From: Eledone cirrhosa
Taxonomy: Eukaryota
Length of the DNA: 64,000 nucleotides
Reading direction: 5' to 3'
NCBI GenBank assembly: GCA_964016885.1
Contig: OZ024756.1
Coordinates: 27,590,001-27,654,000, forward strand
A model generated the notes under the pieces. That model saw only the letters and a program-made list of their open reading frames with translations, was not told the DNA's origin and ran no database searches. Positions 12,807-27,057 of this stretch are shown here, piece after piece. Every line of letters starts with the position of its first letter. Positions within the stretch are counted from its first letter, which is position 1. The translations under genes and the position numbers were made by a program.

Positions 12807-13778
12807 GAATAGTATTGTTAAAATTAAAATTAATGTAGACTCTATATATATTTGTGTGTATGTACACATATATGTATACTAGAATTTTTATAGCACAATG
12901 AGAATGTTCTCGTGTGAAATAGGAATTTGCAGAGATGGTCACGTAAATTCACATGGATGTATATAGTATATAGTATATAGTATAAAATCTGGGATAACCT
13001 TCTAATATAAACCTATGAATTTTAAACTAGACATATGATCATTATTTTTCACACTTTATTGATACGTGTCTCATTCATGAATACTGATATTTACATTATA
13101 ATGCCTGTTTTATACGAATTGATATTTTTTACATTGATGATACATAGTGTTTTAAATCTGCCTCGTTTTTGTCTGGATATTTTTCTTTTTCTTTTCTCTC
13201 TATGTAATAGCTGTTTTCTCTCTTAACCACATATATCTCTCTCTACATTGATACTAGAGCTAAATAAATAAATAAATATATCATTGATACGTCATTCAAC
13301 TGGTGCACAACTACCTATTTTCTTTCTCTCTATCTCTATCTATATCTATCTCTCTATAGTCTCTCTCTCTCTCTCTCTCTCCTCTCTTCTCTCTCTCTCT
13401 CTCTCTATCTATCTCCCTCTGTGTTTTTTCCTCTCTCTATATATCTCTCTCTGTTTCTTTACATGAATTTCTTCTCTCTATCTATCTCTCTATATCTATC
13501 TCTCTCTATTTAGTTGCATGCATTTCTTCTTTTTCTCCGTTTTTTTCTTTTTTTCTTTCTTTCTTTTTATAACTGTCCCTAATATTTTTTCCACTACCAA
13601 TTCAACTTTTCAAATTGAAGTCGATGTTGAAAGGTATGTCGAATCTATCTATTTATAAGACTGTTTATATTGTATTTTGTCTGAGGAAGGCATAGCATAT
13701 TTTTAATATGATATCCCTGAAATATATATAATGAAATAAATATGGTTTTATAAATATAGTTTCCATTTATTTAATATC

Positions 13779-13781
<3 letters not shown>
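12807..13781 (+). mobile_element. 5'-truncated copy of the 3'UTR/pLTR of the 16641-19495 PLE family
   Basis: Colinear similarity to 18623-19495 (gaatagtattgttaaaatt ... tttccatttatttaatatcgt), ending in (TA)n. Confidence 0.85.
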
Positions 13782-13843
<62 letters not shown>

Positions 13844-13938
13844 TTTTGAGTTTATTTTGGTTGTATACCAACACCTCAGTATGCAGGCTGGAGCACTCGA
13901 CGAAGTGCGCAGGTTGGTTTGGTTACTCCGGAGTAGTG

Positions 13939-14380
13939 TAAAATAAAGTTAAATAAAAGTCAAATGATTAAAATTTAGCTTCGTTTATTACTGCTATATA
14001 TATTTCAGTGACAGCCATCTTTGGCTGTGACCTCTTCAGGCAGTTTGAATTAGTATGGTATAGACAAGTACATATGTTGTTTAGGTGTATGATATTGTCA
14101 ATACTCTGATATGCCCAGTTCCTTGCTGGGTTGTTAATTCACTGGGGAACTGGAATCATATGACTCCAGTTCCCCAGTGAATTAACAACCCAGCAAGGAA
14201 CTGGGCATATCAGAGTATTGACAATATCATACACCTAAACAACATATGTACTTGTCTATACCATACTAATTCAAACTGCCTGAAGAGGTCACAGCCAAAG
14301 ATGGCTGTCACTGAAATATATATAGCAGTAATAAACGAAGCTAAATTTTAATCATTTGACTTTTATTTAACTTTATTTTA
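13939..14380. repeat. 442-bp near-perfect palindrome (PLE pLTR fold-back)
   Basis: 221-bp arms centred on tcat|atga at 14159/14160, with one mismatch near the centre. Confidence 0.95.
14275..14329 (+). ncRNA. Type I hammerhead ribozyme (mirror copy 13990-14044 minus; family copy 16389-16443 minus)
   Basis: ACUGC-CUGAAGA-GGUCACAGCC aaagau GGCUGUCACU-GAAA-UAUAUA-UA-GCAGU. Confidence 0.8.
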
Positions 14381-15301
14381 TATATATATATATATAATTG
14401 TTTCTACTTTTGGCACAAGGCCAAATATATATATATAACAATGGAAATTAAGACGGGATTAAATCATCATAATTGTTTATTGCATTATATATATTTCTGT
14501 TACATGGTTAATCATTGGTGCAGTCATGTAATCATTGATATGCTGATTGCCATGCACGTCTATCCTGTTGTGTATATGGTTTTTATATTTGTCTTGTAAG
14601 ATTTTCGATGTGAAACCATGTGCTAAAACAGCTAATGTTATACTTGGTGAGGTTATTGCTGGCAATAAATCAGAGGTATCATTTAAACACCTATGTTTAA
14701 TTATCCGTTAATCATTTAGCATTTAAACCAGCCATATCCGGCTAGAATTATCTCACCTCTTTCTGGTCAAACTAGCCATAACTGGTCACTCATACTGATG
14801 TTAAGGTATTGTTCTCAAAATAAATAACATCAAAATTTCATAGATTCGATATTATATGAAATAATTATGTAAGATAAAGCCTTTATCACAAAAATACAAT
14901 AGTATATATAGAGTAATGTAAATGCTAAAGGGTTAAATAGCTAATCCATTCACCTGTTACTTTCGTAACCTGCTTATTATTTAACTAACTAGTATATTTG
15001 TTTTCAACTGTCAAAGCTCTTTCATCACAACTGTGTCTTCCGGTATTTTTTAACTAGGTTTTGGGGCACTAATGTCTGCTAAACTATAAAACCAATCGAT
15101 TACAAACTAACGTATTTCTTATGCTGCCGATAAAATATGTTACACTTCAGTTGATTGTTAGTTTAGTAACTAATCGATTAGTGTGCATACATACATGCAT
15201 GTACACGCAGACACCCCCACCCCACCCCCCACACATATATATATATATAAACACAAAATACAAAATATGAAACAATCAAATTTTTGCTTAATGCATTTAA
15301 T

Positions 15302-15358
15302 TGCTGACGATCGTTTCTTCCAGACAATGGAATCATCGAGTATGGAATCATCGGAGCA
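15302..15358 (-). ncRNA. Variant hammerhead ribozyme (CCGAUGA core)
   Basis: UGCU-CCGAUGA-UUCCA..UGGAA-GAAA-CGAUCG-UC-AGCA. Confidence 0.72.
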
Positions 15359-15505
15359 TATATAATGTTTAAACAAGTGATTACATTCCTAGTCCTTAGA
15401 ACATTCATTAAGATACATTATTATAGACAGTGTCAGTGACATCATATTGAAAAGCAAGAGTAACAAAATATTATATAAACATATACATGAATAAAACACA
15501 CACAC

Positions 15506-15548
<43 letters not shown>

Positions 15549-15880
15549 TGTAACGCATGCGCAAACGAAGCACACAGCACACAACACACAAAAACCAGAT
15601 GGTGTAGGACAGAACAAAGGAGAGATACAAAATAAAAACCCAATCACTGAGGAGGTCACGGAAATTTATAATAAATTGAAGTGAAACCAACAGGTACGTG
15701 TGTTTTTATTGGCAGTATGGCCCTCCCAAAGTTGAGCTATATATATATATATATAGTAATAATAATAAATATGAAGACTAAAATCCAAAGAGGGCTCGAT
15801 AAGGATAAATATATATCAAATATATAAAAACCGTGATAAGTAAATAAACATATAAATAAATTAATGAAAACACACACACG

Positions 15881-15988
<108 letters not shown>

Positions 15989-16164
15989 AAGATGGTGTAG
16001 GAGAGACACAAAATAACAAATCAGTCACTGAGGAGGTCACATTCTGTGACGAAAGAACTTTGACAATGTATAAACAACCATTCGGTTATTGAACCAACCA
16101 ACGGGAAATTTGTAATAAATTGAAGTAGTATATATATATATATATAGTAATAAATTGAAGTAGT

Positions 16165-16233
<69 letters not shown>

Positions 16234-16574
16234 TATATTGAGTATATGTTGCTTGTTTACCGACACCTCAGTATGCAGATTGGAGCACTCGACGAAGTAC
16301 GCAGGCTGGTTTGTTTACTCTGGAGTAATGTAAAATAATTAAGTCAAATATGTAAAATTTGGCTTCGTTTATTATAAATTATAGATATACTGCTATATAT
16401 ATTTCGGTGACAGCCATCATTGGCTGTGACCTCTTCAGGCAGTCCGAATTGGTGTGGGAAAGACAGGTACACATGTTGTTGAAGAGTGTTTTACTCCGTC
16501 AATACATCGATATGTCCAGCTCCTGGTTGTGTTGTTATTCCTCTGAGGATATGATTCCAGTTCCTCAGAGGAAT

Positions 16575-16640
<66 letters not shown>

Positions 16641-16648
<8 letters not shown>

Positions 16649-19493
16649 GGCACTAAATTACGCATTCAAACATACAGACCTAACTAGCAATGAAATGCAC
16701 ATTATATTATCGGCTAGGAAAACATTGATAGAATTTAATGACCAACTATGAACGAGAGCAGATAGAGATAGCAATTTTGACATTACTATGGGATCATCCG
16801 ACTCAGCTCAGGTAACTGACCTTGTGGGCTTATTTTTAATCAATTCGCTACATAGGAAAATACCTGGTACTACCGGAGGTTTATATAGAGATGACATGCT
16901 TTTACTTATTGATAATAATAACTCTGAACTAAATAGAAAAAGAAAACAAATTACACAATTTTTTAATTACTTTAATCTAAAAATAGAAATTGAGAACAAC
17001 CATAGAATAGTCAATTTCCTAGATATAACATTAAATCTCAACACATGTCTTCACTATCCATTTCACAAGTTGAATGAAAACTTAAACTATGTCAGCTTTA
17101 ACTCTAACCACCCCAGATCTGTCAAAAACACTATAGTAAACTCTGTTCAAAAACGTATCTCTAGAATCTCGTCTAATAGAAAGATTTTCGACGAAAAAGC
17201 CCAGTACTACAATGAAGCGTTAGCTAGAGCAGGATATAGTGATAAGATTATGTACATAGATAATGATAGACAAACTAAACAAAATAACAACTATTTTAAT
17301 TACGGCCACAACCTTAACAACTATAATAGAAAGCATTACAATAATTCCAAAAGCCAAAAAAGAAATAGAACTAGGAACATAATATGGTTTGCCCCCCCCC
17401 TTCTCACTAAACATTAAAACCCACATCGCTAAACTATTTTTTAAAGCTCTTGATAATCGCTTCCATAGAACACATAGGTATCACTCAATTTTCAATAGAC
17501 ATACTATAAAATTAACCTACTCATCCACCAAAAATTTAGCACAAAATATTAATAGAATAAATAATAGGAACTTAAAACCTAGCGATAATAGCATAAATAA
17601 TATACAAGTTAACAAATGTAACTGTAGAGATAGATCTAAATGTCCGTTAAATAACAACTGCTTAGTTAAAAATATAATATACAACTGTAATGTTAAAACG
17701 GACTCTAATTCTTTTAACTACGTCGGTTCCACATCGACGGAATTTAAACTTCGCTATAATAACCACAAGAATTCTTTCACAGATCCAAGCAAAAAATCTT
17801 CAACAGCACTATCAGGCGTACTCTGGCAACTTAGGCAAGATAACGTTAGATATTCGACGGCTTGGAATATAGTCTCAAGAAGGATTCCTTTTAATTCATC
17901 CTCTGAGACATGTGACCTCTGCGCGGAGGAGATATTCTTTATACTAAAATCTAAAAATTCCCTTAATCTACGGACAAATTTATTCAGTTGCTGCAAACAT
18001 AGATTGAACTCAACTTTTAAATATAAATTTAAATTTAAAATGTAGTATATTTAGTTTGATTTGTAATTATTTGGGAAACTAGCCGATAAATCTTTCGATT
18101 TCTTCTTTTTATTTTTATCTTTATTTTAAACATTCTTCATGAAAAATTAAACTACCCTAAAAGTTGATGCTCCAAATATATCGAATAAACGTTACACTAG
18201 ATAAACTTCTATATTAAATATAAGAACATATGTAGACCAAATGGGCATCCTAAACTTTTGAAATGATTTCTGCTAGACGCGATTTGGTAAATAATTTTTA
18301 GCTTTATCTGTTTTCGACTCTGATGCTTATAATGAACTTGGCAATATATTGTCAATTAATTTTGAAGGGTTGATCTTTGTGGTCGATTTGCGTGGCATAT
18401 TATGTTTTTATTTTTATTATTTTAATATTTTTTAATATTTTTAATATTTTTAATATTTTTAATATTTTTATTTTTAATATGTAATATTTTTTAGTTTTCT
18501 ATTTTATTTATTTGTTTATTATTATTATTATTATTTTTTGTTTTTGTTTCTGATATTTTTATTAATATATTGAAATCTGTTCTCTATTTCTGCTTGATAG
18601 ATAATCATGTAGAGTAAAGACAAGAATAGTATTGTTAAAATTAATATAGACTCTATATATATGTGTATATATACACATATATGTATACTTAAATTTTTAT
18701 AGCACAATGAGAATGTTCTCCGTGTGAAATAGGGGTTTGCAGAGTTGATCACGTAAATTCACATCGATGTTTGTAGTTATCATATAAACATGAATTTTTA
18801 AAACTAGACATAAGATCATTACTTTTCACACATTATAGATACGTGTCTCATTCAGGAATACTGATATTTACATTATAATGCCTGGTTTTTATACGAACTA
18901 ATATTTCTACATTAAAACATAGGGTTTTTAAATTCTGCCTCGCCTATGTCTGGTTACTTTTCATTTTTCTCTCTATATAACGGCTGGTTTCTTTCCTAAC
19001 CACATATATCTCCCTTACATTAATACTAGAGCTAAATAAATAAATAAATAAATAAATAAATGTATCATTGATACGTCATTCAACGGATGTTCAACTACCT
19101 ACTTTTCTCTATATATATCTATCTCTATCTATTTCCTCTCTCTATATATCTCTCTCTGTTTCTTTACATGAAGTTCTTCTCTTTATCTATCTTTCCATCT
19201 CTCTATTTTGTTGCATGCATTTCTTCTTTTTTCTTCTTTTTCTTCGTTTTCTTTCTTTATTTCCTTCTTTCTTTCTTTCTTTCTTTCTTTCTGTTTACAA
19301 TTTTTCACTGCCAAATCAACTTTTTCAAATACAAGTCGATGTTGAACGGTATGTCAAATCTATTTATCTATAAAACTGTCTATATTGTATTTTGTCTGAA
19401 GAAGGCATAACATATTGTTAATATGATATCCCTGAAATATATATAATGAAATAAATATGGTTTTATAAATATAGTTTCCATTTATTTAATATC

Positions 19494-19495
<2 letters not shown>
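16641..19495 (+). mobile_element. Penelope-like retroelement (C-terminal GIY-YIG, probably Hydra clade), 5'-truncated and decayed
   Basis: RT motifs FDITMGSSDSAQVTDLVG, GLYRDD, VNFLDITL, NSNHP. Linker CNCRDRSKC (CxCx5C). GIY-YIG-type IIY..YVGST..FKLRYNNH, CDLC..E, LN.R. In-frame TGA at about 16749 and a frameshift in poly-C near 17395. The 1.4-kb 3'UTR ends in an HHR-like terminus, and both ends abut (TA)n. Confidence 0.9.
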
Positions 19496-19531
<36 letters not shown>

Positions 19532-19572
19532 GAAAAAAGAGAATCAATGTTGCGACGAAAAGAATTTATTGG

Positions 19573-19665
19573 ACATATTACAATTGTTTCTCGGACGACC
19601 AGCTCGAGGCACGATCGATATGGTGATCACACCTGAATCTGAAATCACTCGGTCGTCGGATACGT
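19573..19665 (-). ncRNA. Variant hammerhead ribozyme (CCGACGA core, long stem II)
   Basis: ACGUAU-CCGACGA-(about 60 nt)-GAAA-CAAUUG-UA-AUAUGU, with a 6-bp stem I containing one G.U pair. Confidence 0.62.
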
Positions 19666-20247
19666 CTCGATTCTACGAAGCATATCTTCCTATTGTCTTT
19701 TAACATCGAATTTCTTCGTTTGTTTATTTAGATCCTGTTGTTGTCATTCCATGAGTGGTCAAGAATTGTACACGTCATTGGTATTTCTAGCCACTCATGG
19801 TTTCCCACTTCTTGCTTCTTCTCGTTCTCAATCAAAATTTCTTCATGTATCAGAATTACTACTGTGGTGGGAAAGGGGCTGTGATCTTGAACATTAAAAT
19901 TACAATAAAAATCAAAAGGTACTATATGCATATGTATATATGTGCGCACACGTACACACACATACACATACAACAATACACTATATTATATTATATTATA
20001 TTATATTATATTACATTGTATTATATATAATTCCTGCTATATATAACCACCTTTGTTTAGCTCTAGGTTTTTTTTGCTTTGGACTATATTTGTAATATGG
20101 TTCTTAATGTTATATACATCCTTAGTAATTTTTATTATATATTTTTATTATTTTTATTATACATTTTTGCAATACTTTAGTGTATGTACACTCCATATTC
20201 TTCGGAGCTTCCGGCTTGTATCTGCCGATATTACTTCTTGTTGTTTT

Positions 20248-20293
20248 AATTGCCCTGATGAGTCCTTAATAGGACGAAACATTGTCGGCTAAT
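20248..20293 (+). ncRNA. Canonical minimal hammerhead ribozyme (family copy 35001-35047 minus)
   Basis: GCC-CUGAUGA-GUCC uuaaua GGAC-GAAA-C auu G-UC-GGC. The second copy has GUU at the cleavage triplet. Flanks 20030-20338 and 34975-35280 are homologous. Confidence 0.85.
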
Positions 20294-20334
20294 AAAGACT
20301 TTTGATGTATTGAAGGCTTCTTTGTTTAACTCTC

Positions 20335-20406
<72 letters not shown>

Positions 20407-20477
20407 ATAAAAAAAGAAAATTTCGCTCTACATGGCTGAATACAATAAATGTAATCTAAGTTTTTCGAATATTAATA

Positions 20478-20670
20478 ATTGTTTCTACTTTTTGGCACAA
20501 GGCCAGCAATTATCCCAGTGTATTACTGGTACTTTATTTTATCGACCCCGTAAGGATGAAAGGCAAAGTTAACCTCGGCGGGATTTGAACTCAGTCCGTA
20601 AAGGGACGTAACTGTGCTACAAAGCATGGCGTCCGACCCTCTACCGATACTGCCAATCTACCGACCCTGA
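20478..20670 (-). mobile_element. SINE family 1 copy with a 17-bp target-site duplication
   Basis: tttcgaatattaataat at 20463-20479 and 20675-20691. Confidence 0.88.
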
Positions 20671-21024
20671 AATATTTCGAATATTAATAATAACATTCGA
20701 TTCGTTTGCAATTTTGCAAACAAGCCTCAACTTTATAGCCATGTCAGTAGAATGAAAACTTCATTCTTGCTCTTAAGTTGGCTGATATGGCTATAAAATT
20801 GAGGCTTGTTTGCAAAATTGCAAACCAACCGAATGTTATTATTAAAAGGCCAGCAATCACCCAGTACATTACTGGTACTTTATTTTATCGACTCTGTAAG
20901 GATGAAAGGCAAAGTAAACCTCGGCGGGATTTGAACTCAGACTGTAAAGGGACGTAACTATGCTAGAAAGCATGACGTCCAACCCTCTACCGATACTGCC
21001 AATTCACCGCCCTTATATATATAA

Positions 21025-22570
21025 TAATAATGAAATTATTACGTACAGTGCTCAGGTGCACTACAACTCATCAAAGGAGCAGGTATAATACATAGAATAA
21101 TGTACAAATGTCAGGAAAATGAACAGTGTACTAGTCATGAAATACATGTGTGCGTGTGTATGGAGGGGGGGCATCAGGTGTAGTGTTGGCGAATCTCAGG
21201 GAGTATGGAAGTTTTAAAGGATGCAGTGTCTCGGCAGCTAACAACTGATGTAGGTAGTTTGTTCCATGTTTCAGCAACTCTGAGCGTGAAAAAATGTTTC
21301 CGAAAGTCATGGGAGCTGTGGTGTTTTCTGACTTTGTATGCATGCCCACGTATGTTAGACACATGGAAATCAAGAAGGTACTCAGGGTTGTTGTTGGCAA
21401 GGCGTTCAGAGTATGGTAGTTACCTAATGGAGGGTATTCGCTTGGTTCCACGTCTCTGAACAGTTTCCAGGTGGTCAATATTCTGAGTAAGATAGGGGTT
21501 CCAGACTGGTGATGCAAGTTCTAAGTGTGGCCGCACCATAGCTATATTCAGCTATAAATAGATAGCTGGAGAGCGGCTGACAAAGGTCTTGCTGAGGGAT
21601 GCTAAGACACTCTCGGCCTTCTTGACAATTTTAGAGATGTGCTTCGTCCAACGCAAATCGCTACTGACAATAATGCCCAGGTCACGTTCAGAAGAAGACT
21701 TCTTCATATTAGTGTTGTGGAGGGAGTATGTGGACGTTGGGTTTTTACTCCCAAAATGCATGGTGGTACACTTGTCCACAGCCAACTTGAGTTGCCAGTC
21801 CGTGATCCATTGTTGCATTGTGTCCACGTCAGATTGCAGGAAAGATCTATAGTGTTATCTCAAGGTACAACTTGATGTCATCTGCATATTTCAGTACTGT
21901 GGCATTCTTTAAGTTGGCATCTATGTCATTAATATATGCCACAAACAGAAGGTGGTCAAGAACAGATTTCTGTGGTACACCAGATGACATCTCATATGGT
22001 GAGGAATGCTGTCCTAGGACCGTGACTACCTCTCTTCGACTGAGAATGGAGGACTTCAACCAGTTAAAAAGATCATCCTTCATACCCATTGCAGAGAGTT
22101 TTGCCATAAGTCTTTTGTCTGGCACAGAATTGAAAGCTTTAGCAAAGTCAAGGTAAACAACATCCACCCATGAGCCGCCATCAGTGATCCGGGTGATTTC
22201 TTCAAGAAACTCGATAAGTTGACCACAGCAGCTGGAGTTAGGAATAAATCCAAATTACGAGGGCCGGATAAGACTGTGAGAGTTCCAGAAGTTCCAAAGT
22301 GTTTCTCTGACACAGGATTCCATCAGTTTGGCAATGCAGCTAGTAAGACTGACTGGACGTTAGTTGACAGGTGATGTGCGGTCACCCTTTTTGAACAGAG
22401 GAATGACACTGGCAGTTTTCCACTGCTCTGGAGTAGCACCGTTGTTCAGACAGAATTGGAAGAAGCATGATAGCTGGTGCAGAAGGAAGTACCCACCACG
22501 TTTGAGAAGCAGGTACGTAACACCATCAAGACCAGAATGGATGCAGTAAAAACCAGTGAGACCATTACTC
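21025..22570 (-). mobile_element. CR1-clade LINE, decayed RT and 3' end
   Basis: WKTASVIPLFKKGDR, DVVYLDFAKAF, SGVPQ.SVL, YADDIKLY, ERDLGIIV, RGHAYKVRK..RKHFFTLRV..WNKLP, with frameshifts and a (TAT)n-like tail. Confidence 0.92.
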
Positions 22571-22689
22571 ACCAGAGTACACGATACTTGGCGATTCAGT
22601 TACTTGGCGGATCTAGGTGTTAAAACGGCAGGAGCTCAGCCGTCGGTATCCCGATTTTTTTCACAAATATTTAATTTATATATATATAT

Positions 22690-22738
<49 letters not shown>

Positions 22739-23116
22739 GTGTGTGTGTTGTGTGTATGTGTATGTGTGTTATGTGTGTCTGTTGTGTGTGTATGTATAGA
22801 ATTAGTTACAACAGTGACATATATAGCTATTTAAGTCTCAACCTGTTATATATAAAAAGAAAATGCATTTTCTTTTTATATATAACAGGGTGTGTCTGTT
22901 GTGTGTGTATGTATATAATTAGTTACAACAGTGACATATATAGCTATTTAAGTCTCAACCTGTTATATATAAAAAGAAAATGCATTTTCTTTTTATATAT
23001 AACAGGCTGAATTAGTTGGGATGTGTAACCCAACGAAACTTAAAAAATATAATTATACCTGTATAAATACAGAGTATGTAACAGTGATTGCACTAATGTG
23101 TGAGGGTGTTTGTATT

Positions 23117-23205
<89 letters not shown>

Positions 23206-24059
23206 GTGTTTGTGTTTATGTATTGGTATTTGTGTGTCTGGGTTTGTTTGTCTGTGTGTGTGTGTACGTCTGTGAATGTATAATCAGTGTCGTCAGTAGT
23301 AACTCGACCATTTCACTACCCTTTCCGTCTTAAGTCCCCCCCCCCTCCCCTTCACTCCACGTCACGTCGCATCCGCTCTATCTCTCCTCCTCCTCATCCT
23401 CCTCCTTCTCCTCCTCCCACTACAACTCCTCCTCCTACTACTCCTCCTTTCGCTCTCTGTGTGTGCATGTGTGTATGATGGTCTGTTAGTTGGTAACTTT
23501 TTTTCTAGCCAAACAGCACTAGGAATCCTTGGCGTTGACAGTGCATCACGTAAGCATTACAACCTATATCTGCCTCCTCGGTAATTCTGCCCCGACCGTC
23601 TATAAAAAAAAAAGAAGAAAAGGAAGAAAAAAAAAAAACATCGGACAAGCTCTTCTAGATTCCCAGGAGATAGGAACGAACACGAGATGGCTCCGACCAG
23701 AATGGATTTTATCACAGGTCTGTTAGCTAATTGTTTCTACTATTGGCACAAGGCCAGCAATTATACCAGTGCATTACTGGTACTTTATTTTATCGACCCC
23801 CGTAAGGATGAAAGGCAAAGTCAACCTCAGCGGGATTTGAACTCAGATCGTAAAGGGAGGTAACTATGCGTCAAAGCATGGCATCCGACCCTCTACCGAT
23901 ACTGCCAATCCACCGCCTTATCTGTTAGATAAACAACTATAAATGTTTAAAAATGTTTAAAAAGTTACAAATCGTCCCGCAACTAAACTCACACACCCCA
24001 CACGCACACAGACATACCCCTACCACATTATATACGCACACACACACACATACATACAT

Positions 24060-24123
<64 letters not shown>

Positions 24124-24147
24124 CACACATATACATACATACATACA

Positions 24148-24190
<43 letters not shown>

Positions 24191-24238
24191 CACACACACA
24201 CATATATATATATACATATGTATGTAAAAGGTAAACAG

Positions 24239-24282
<44 letters not shown>

Positions 24283-24325
24283 ATGCATATAGATATATCT
24301 AAGATATAAATAAATACCCCAACAA

Positions 24326-24368
<43 letters not shown>

Positions 24369-24649
24369 TATATATATACACACATATATATATATATACA
24401 CACATATATATATATATATATATATCATATGAGGGTGTTAAAGTTTGCTTGAAGCATTGTGAAATGTGTAAAAATACGTATTTAAGAAAGCCACAACAAT
24501 GCAAAGGGTAAAAATCTCGAGGTAGGATGTAAAATATAGATAGGATTGTCTCTCTCAATTTTCACTTTCACCTGTTTTTCCTACCTCGACATTTCCCTTT
24601 GCATTGTTGTGGTTTTCTTAAATACGTATTTTTATATATTATATATATT

Positions 24650-24838
24650 CGGTGAATTGGCAGTATCGGTAGAGGGTCGGACGCCATGCTTTGACGCATA
24701 GAGTTACGGCCCTTGCCATTCTGAGTTCAAATCCCGCCGAGGTTAACTTTGCCTTTCATCCTTACGGGGTCGATAAAATAAAGTACCAGTAATACACTGG
24801 GAAATTGCTGGCCTTGTGCCAAAAGTAGAAACAATTAT
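24650..24838 (+). mobile_element. tRNA-derived SINE family 1, representative full copy
   Basis: A box tggcagtatcggtag, B box gagttcaaatcc, body gaggttaactttgcctttcatccttacggggtcgataaaataaagtacc, tail agaaacaatta. Other copies: 1688-1905(+), 20846-21012(-), 23729-23918(-), 29790-29967(+), 31589-31803(+), 31835-32027(+), 50808-50996(+), 53945-54165(+), 54565-54742(+), 54752-54925(+), 55135-55320(+), 59396-59575(+), 59585-59710(-). Confidence 0.9.
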
Positions 24839-24896
24839 ATATATTATATATATATATATGTGTGTGTGGGTATATATATATTATATATTATATATA

Positions 24897-24940
<44 letters not shown>

Positions 24941-24969
24941 TATGTATAATATATAATATATATATATAT

Positions 24970-25034
<65 letters not shown>

Positions 25035-25039
25035 CATAT

Positions 25040-25072
<33 letters not shown>

Positions 25073-25450
25073 CATATACGTATACATATATATATATAGG
25101 AAAAAGTATGATCCCTATTTCCTATTTCCCACTCTACTACCCTAAGTATTGAGTACTCTGGGGCGTTATGGTCCATCTGGTGCGTTATGGTCCATCTGGT
25201 TCCTTACCACATTTCCTTTGTTATATATATATATATATATATACATGTATATATATATGTGTGTGAGAGCGAGAGAGAGAGAGTGAGAGAGGGAGGGAGA
25301 GAGAGAGAGAGGGAGAGAGAGAGAGAGAGAGATTGGTGTGTACAACTTCCCCTGAGAAAGGATTCCATACGTTTGCTGAGTAAAGAATTTATTAGTGGAA
25401 TTTTAAGGTTCAACTCTACAACTAACCATCACGTGCTCGAAATCTCAAAT

Positions 25451-25513
<63 letters not shown>

Positions 25514-26216
25514 GTTATTCCGGGTTGAATCGGAGGTAACCACAGTAAGTAAGGTACTCAATACATTGCAGAGTATAAAAGTTTTAATATAGATGAGATT
25601 CTACAGGACTAGAACTGTTTCATTCTTTAGAAACCTGATGATTTCTAAAGAATGAAACAGTTCTAGTCCTGTAGAATCTCATCTATATTAAAACTATATA
25701 TATATATATATATATATATTTACATATAAGTGTGTGTGTGTGTGTATAAGAATGCGTGTTTATATCTATGTATATCTATGCATTACTTCAATATGTGTGT
25801 ATATAGAATGAGTTGATTGGATTGTGGTATCATCCGGTTCAATGTATGTTTAACAGATATGAAGATAAAATCAAGGTTGACAGAAAACAACGAACAAAAA
25901 GAAAGACGAAAACGAAAACAAATCAAAACAAAACAAACTAACAACAACAACAACAACAGCAACATCAACAAAAACTTACCAAAAGATTACCACCATTATC
26001 TTACATATTGAAGATATACCAAAGCTCTATATTGTATGTTTTATTCTAAGGCTTTTTGTTTCATATCAATTAAAGCCGAAACTAACCGCATCGTTTTTCT
26101 ACGACTGTATTTACAGCTAGATTCGGTAAGTTGTATATGAACGACTTTCTACTCGTATCTCTTTAAGTCTTCCGTTGATAATTCTATATTTCGGTATATA
26201 TATAAATATGTATGTG

Positions 26217-26567
<351 letters not shown>

Positions 26568-26600
26568 TATATATATATATATATATAAATATGTATGTGT

Positions 26601-26759
<159 letters not shown>

Positions 26760-26934
26760 TATATAAGTTATTCCGGGTTCAATCGGGGGTAACCGCAGTA
26801 AGTAAGTACTCAATATATAACGGAGTATAAAAGTTTAATATAGAAAAGCTTCTACAGGACTAGAACTGTTTCATTCGTGAGAAATCATCAGGAAGCTGAC
26901 TGTCGAAGTAAATATGGTTGTTAGGGTTAGGGTC

Positions 26935-26985
26935 AGCTTCCTGATGATTTCTCACGAATGAAACAGTTCTAGTCCTGTAGAAGCT
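26935..26985 (+). ncRNA. Type I hammerhead ribozyme (family A; mirror copy on the minus strand at 26847-26897)
   Basis: AGCUUC-CUGAUGA-UUUCUCACGAAU-GAAA-CAG uucuaguc CUG-UA-GAAGCU. Confidence 0.78.
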
Positions 26986-26998
26986 TTTCTATATTAAA

Positions 26999-27057
<59 letters not shown>

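Noticed and set aside
16749-16751. In-frame TGA in the PLE RT as possible selenocysteine (as in some Naiad PLEs)
   Set aside because: It aligns with a Trp position (tactgggaa, YWE, in the second element). The copy also has a frameshift, and the domain order is not Naiad-like.
26921-26932. TTAGGGTTAGGG in the loop of a fold-back
   Set aside because: Only two units, so it cannot be distinguished from chance or from the element's own sequence.
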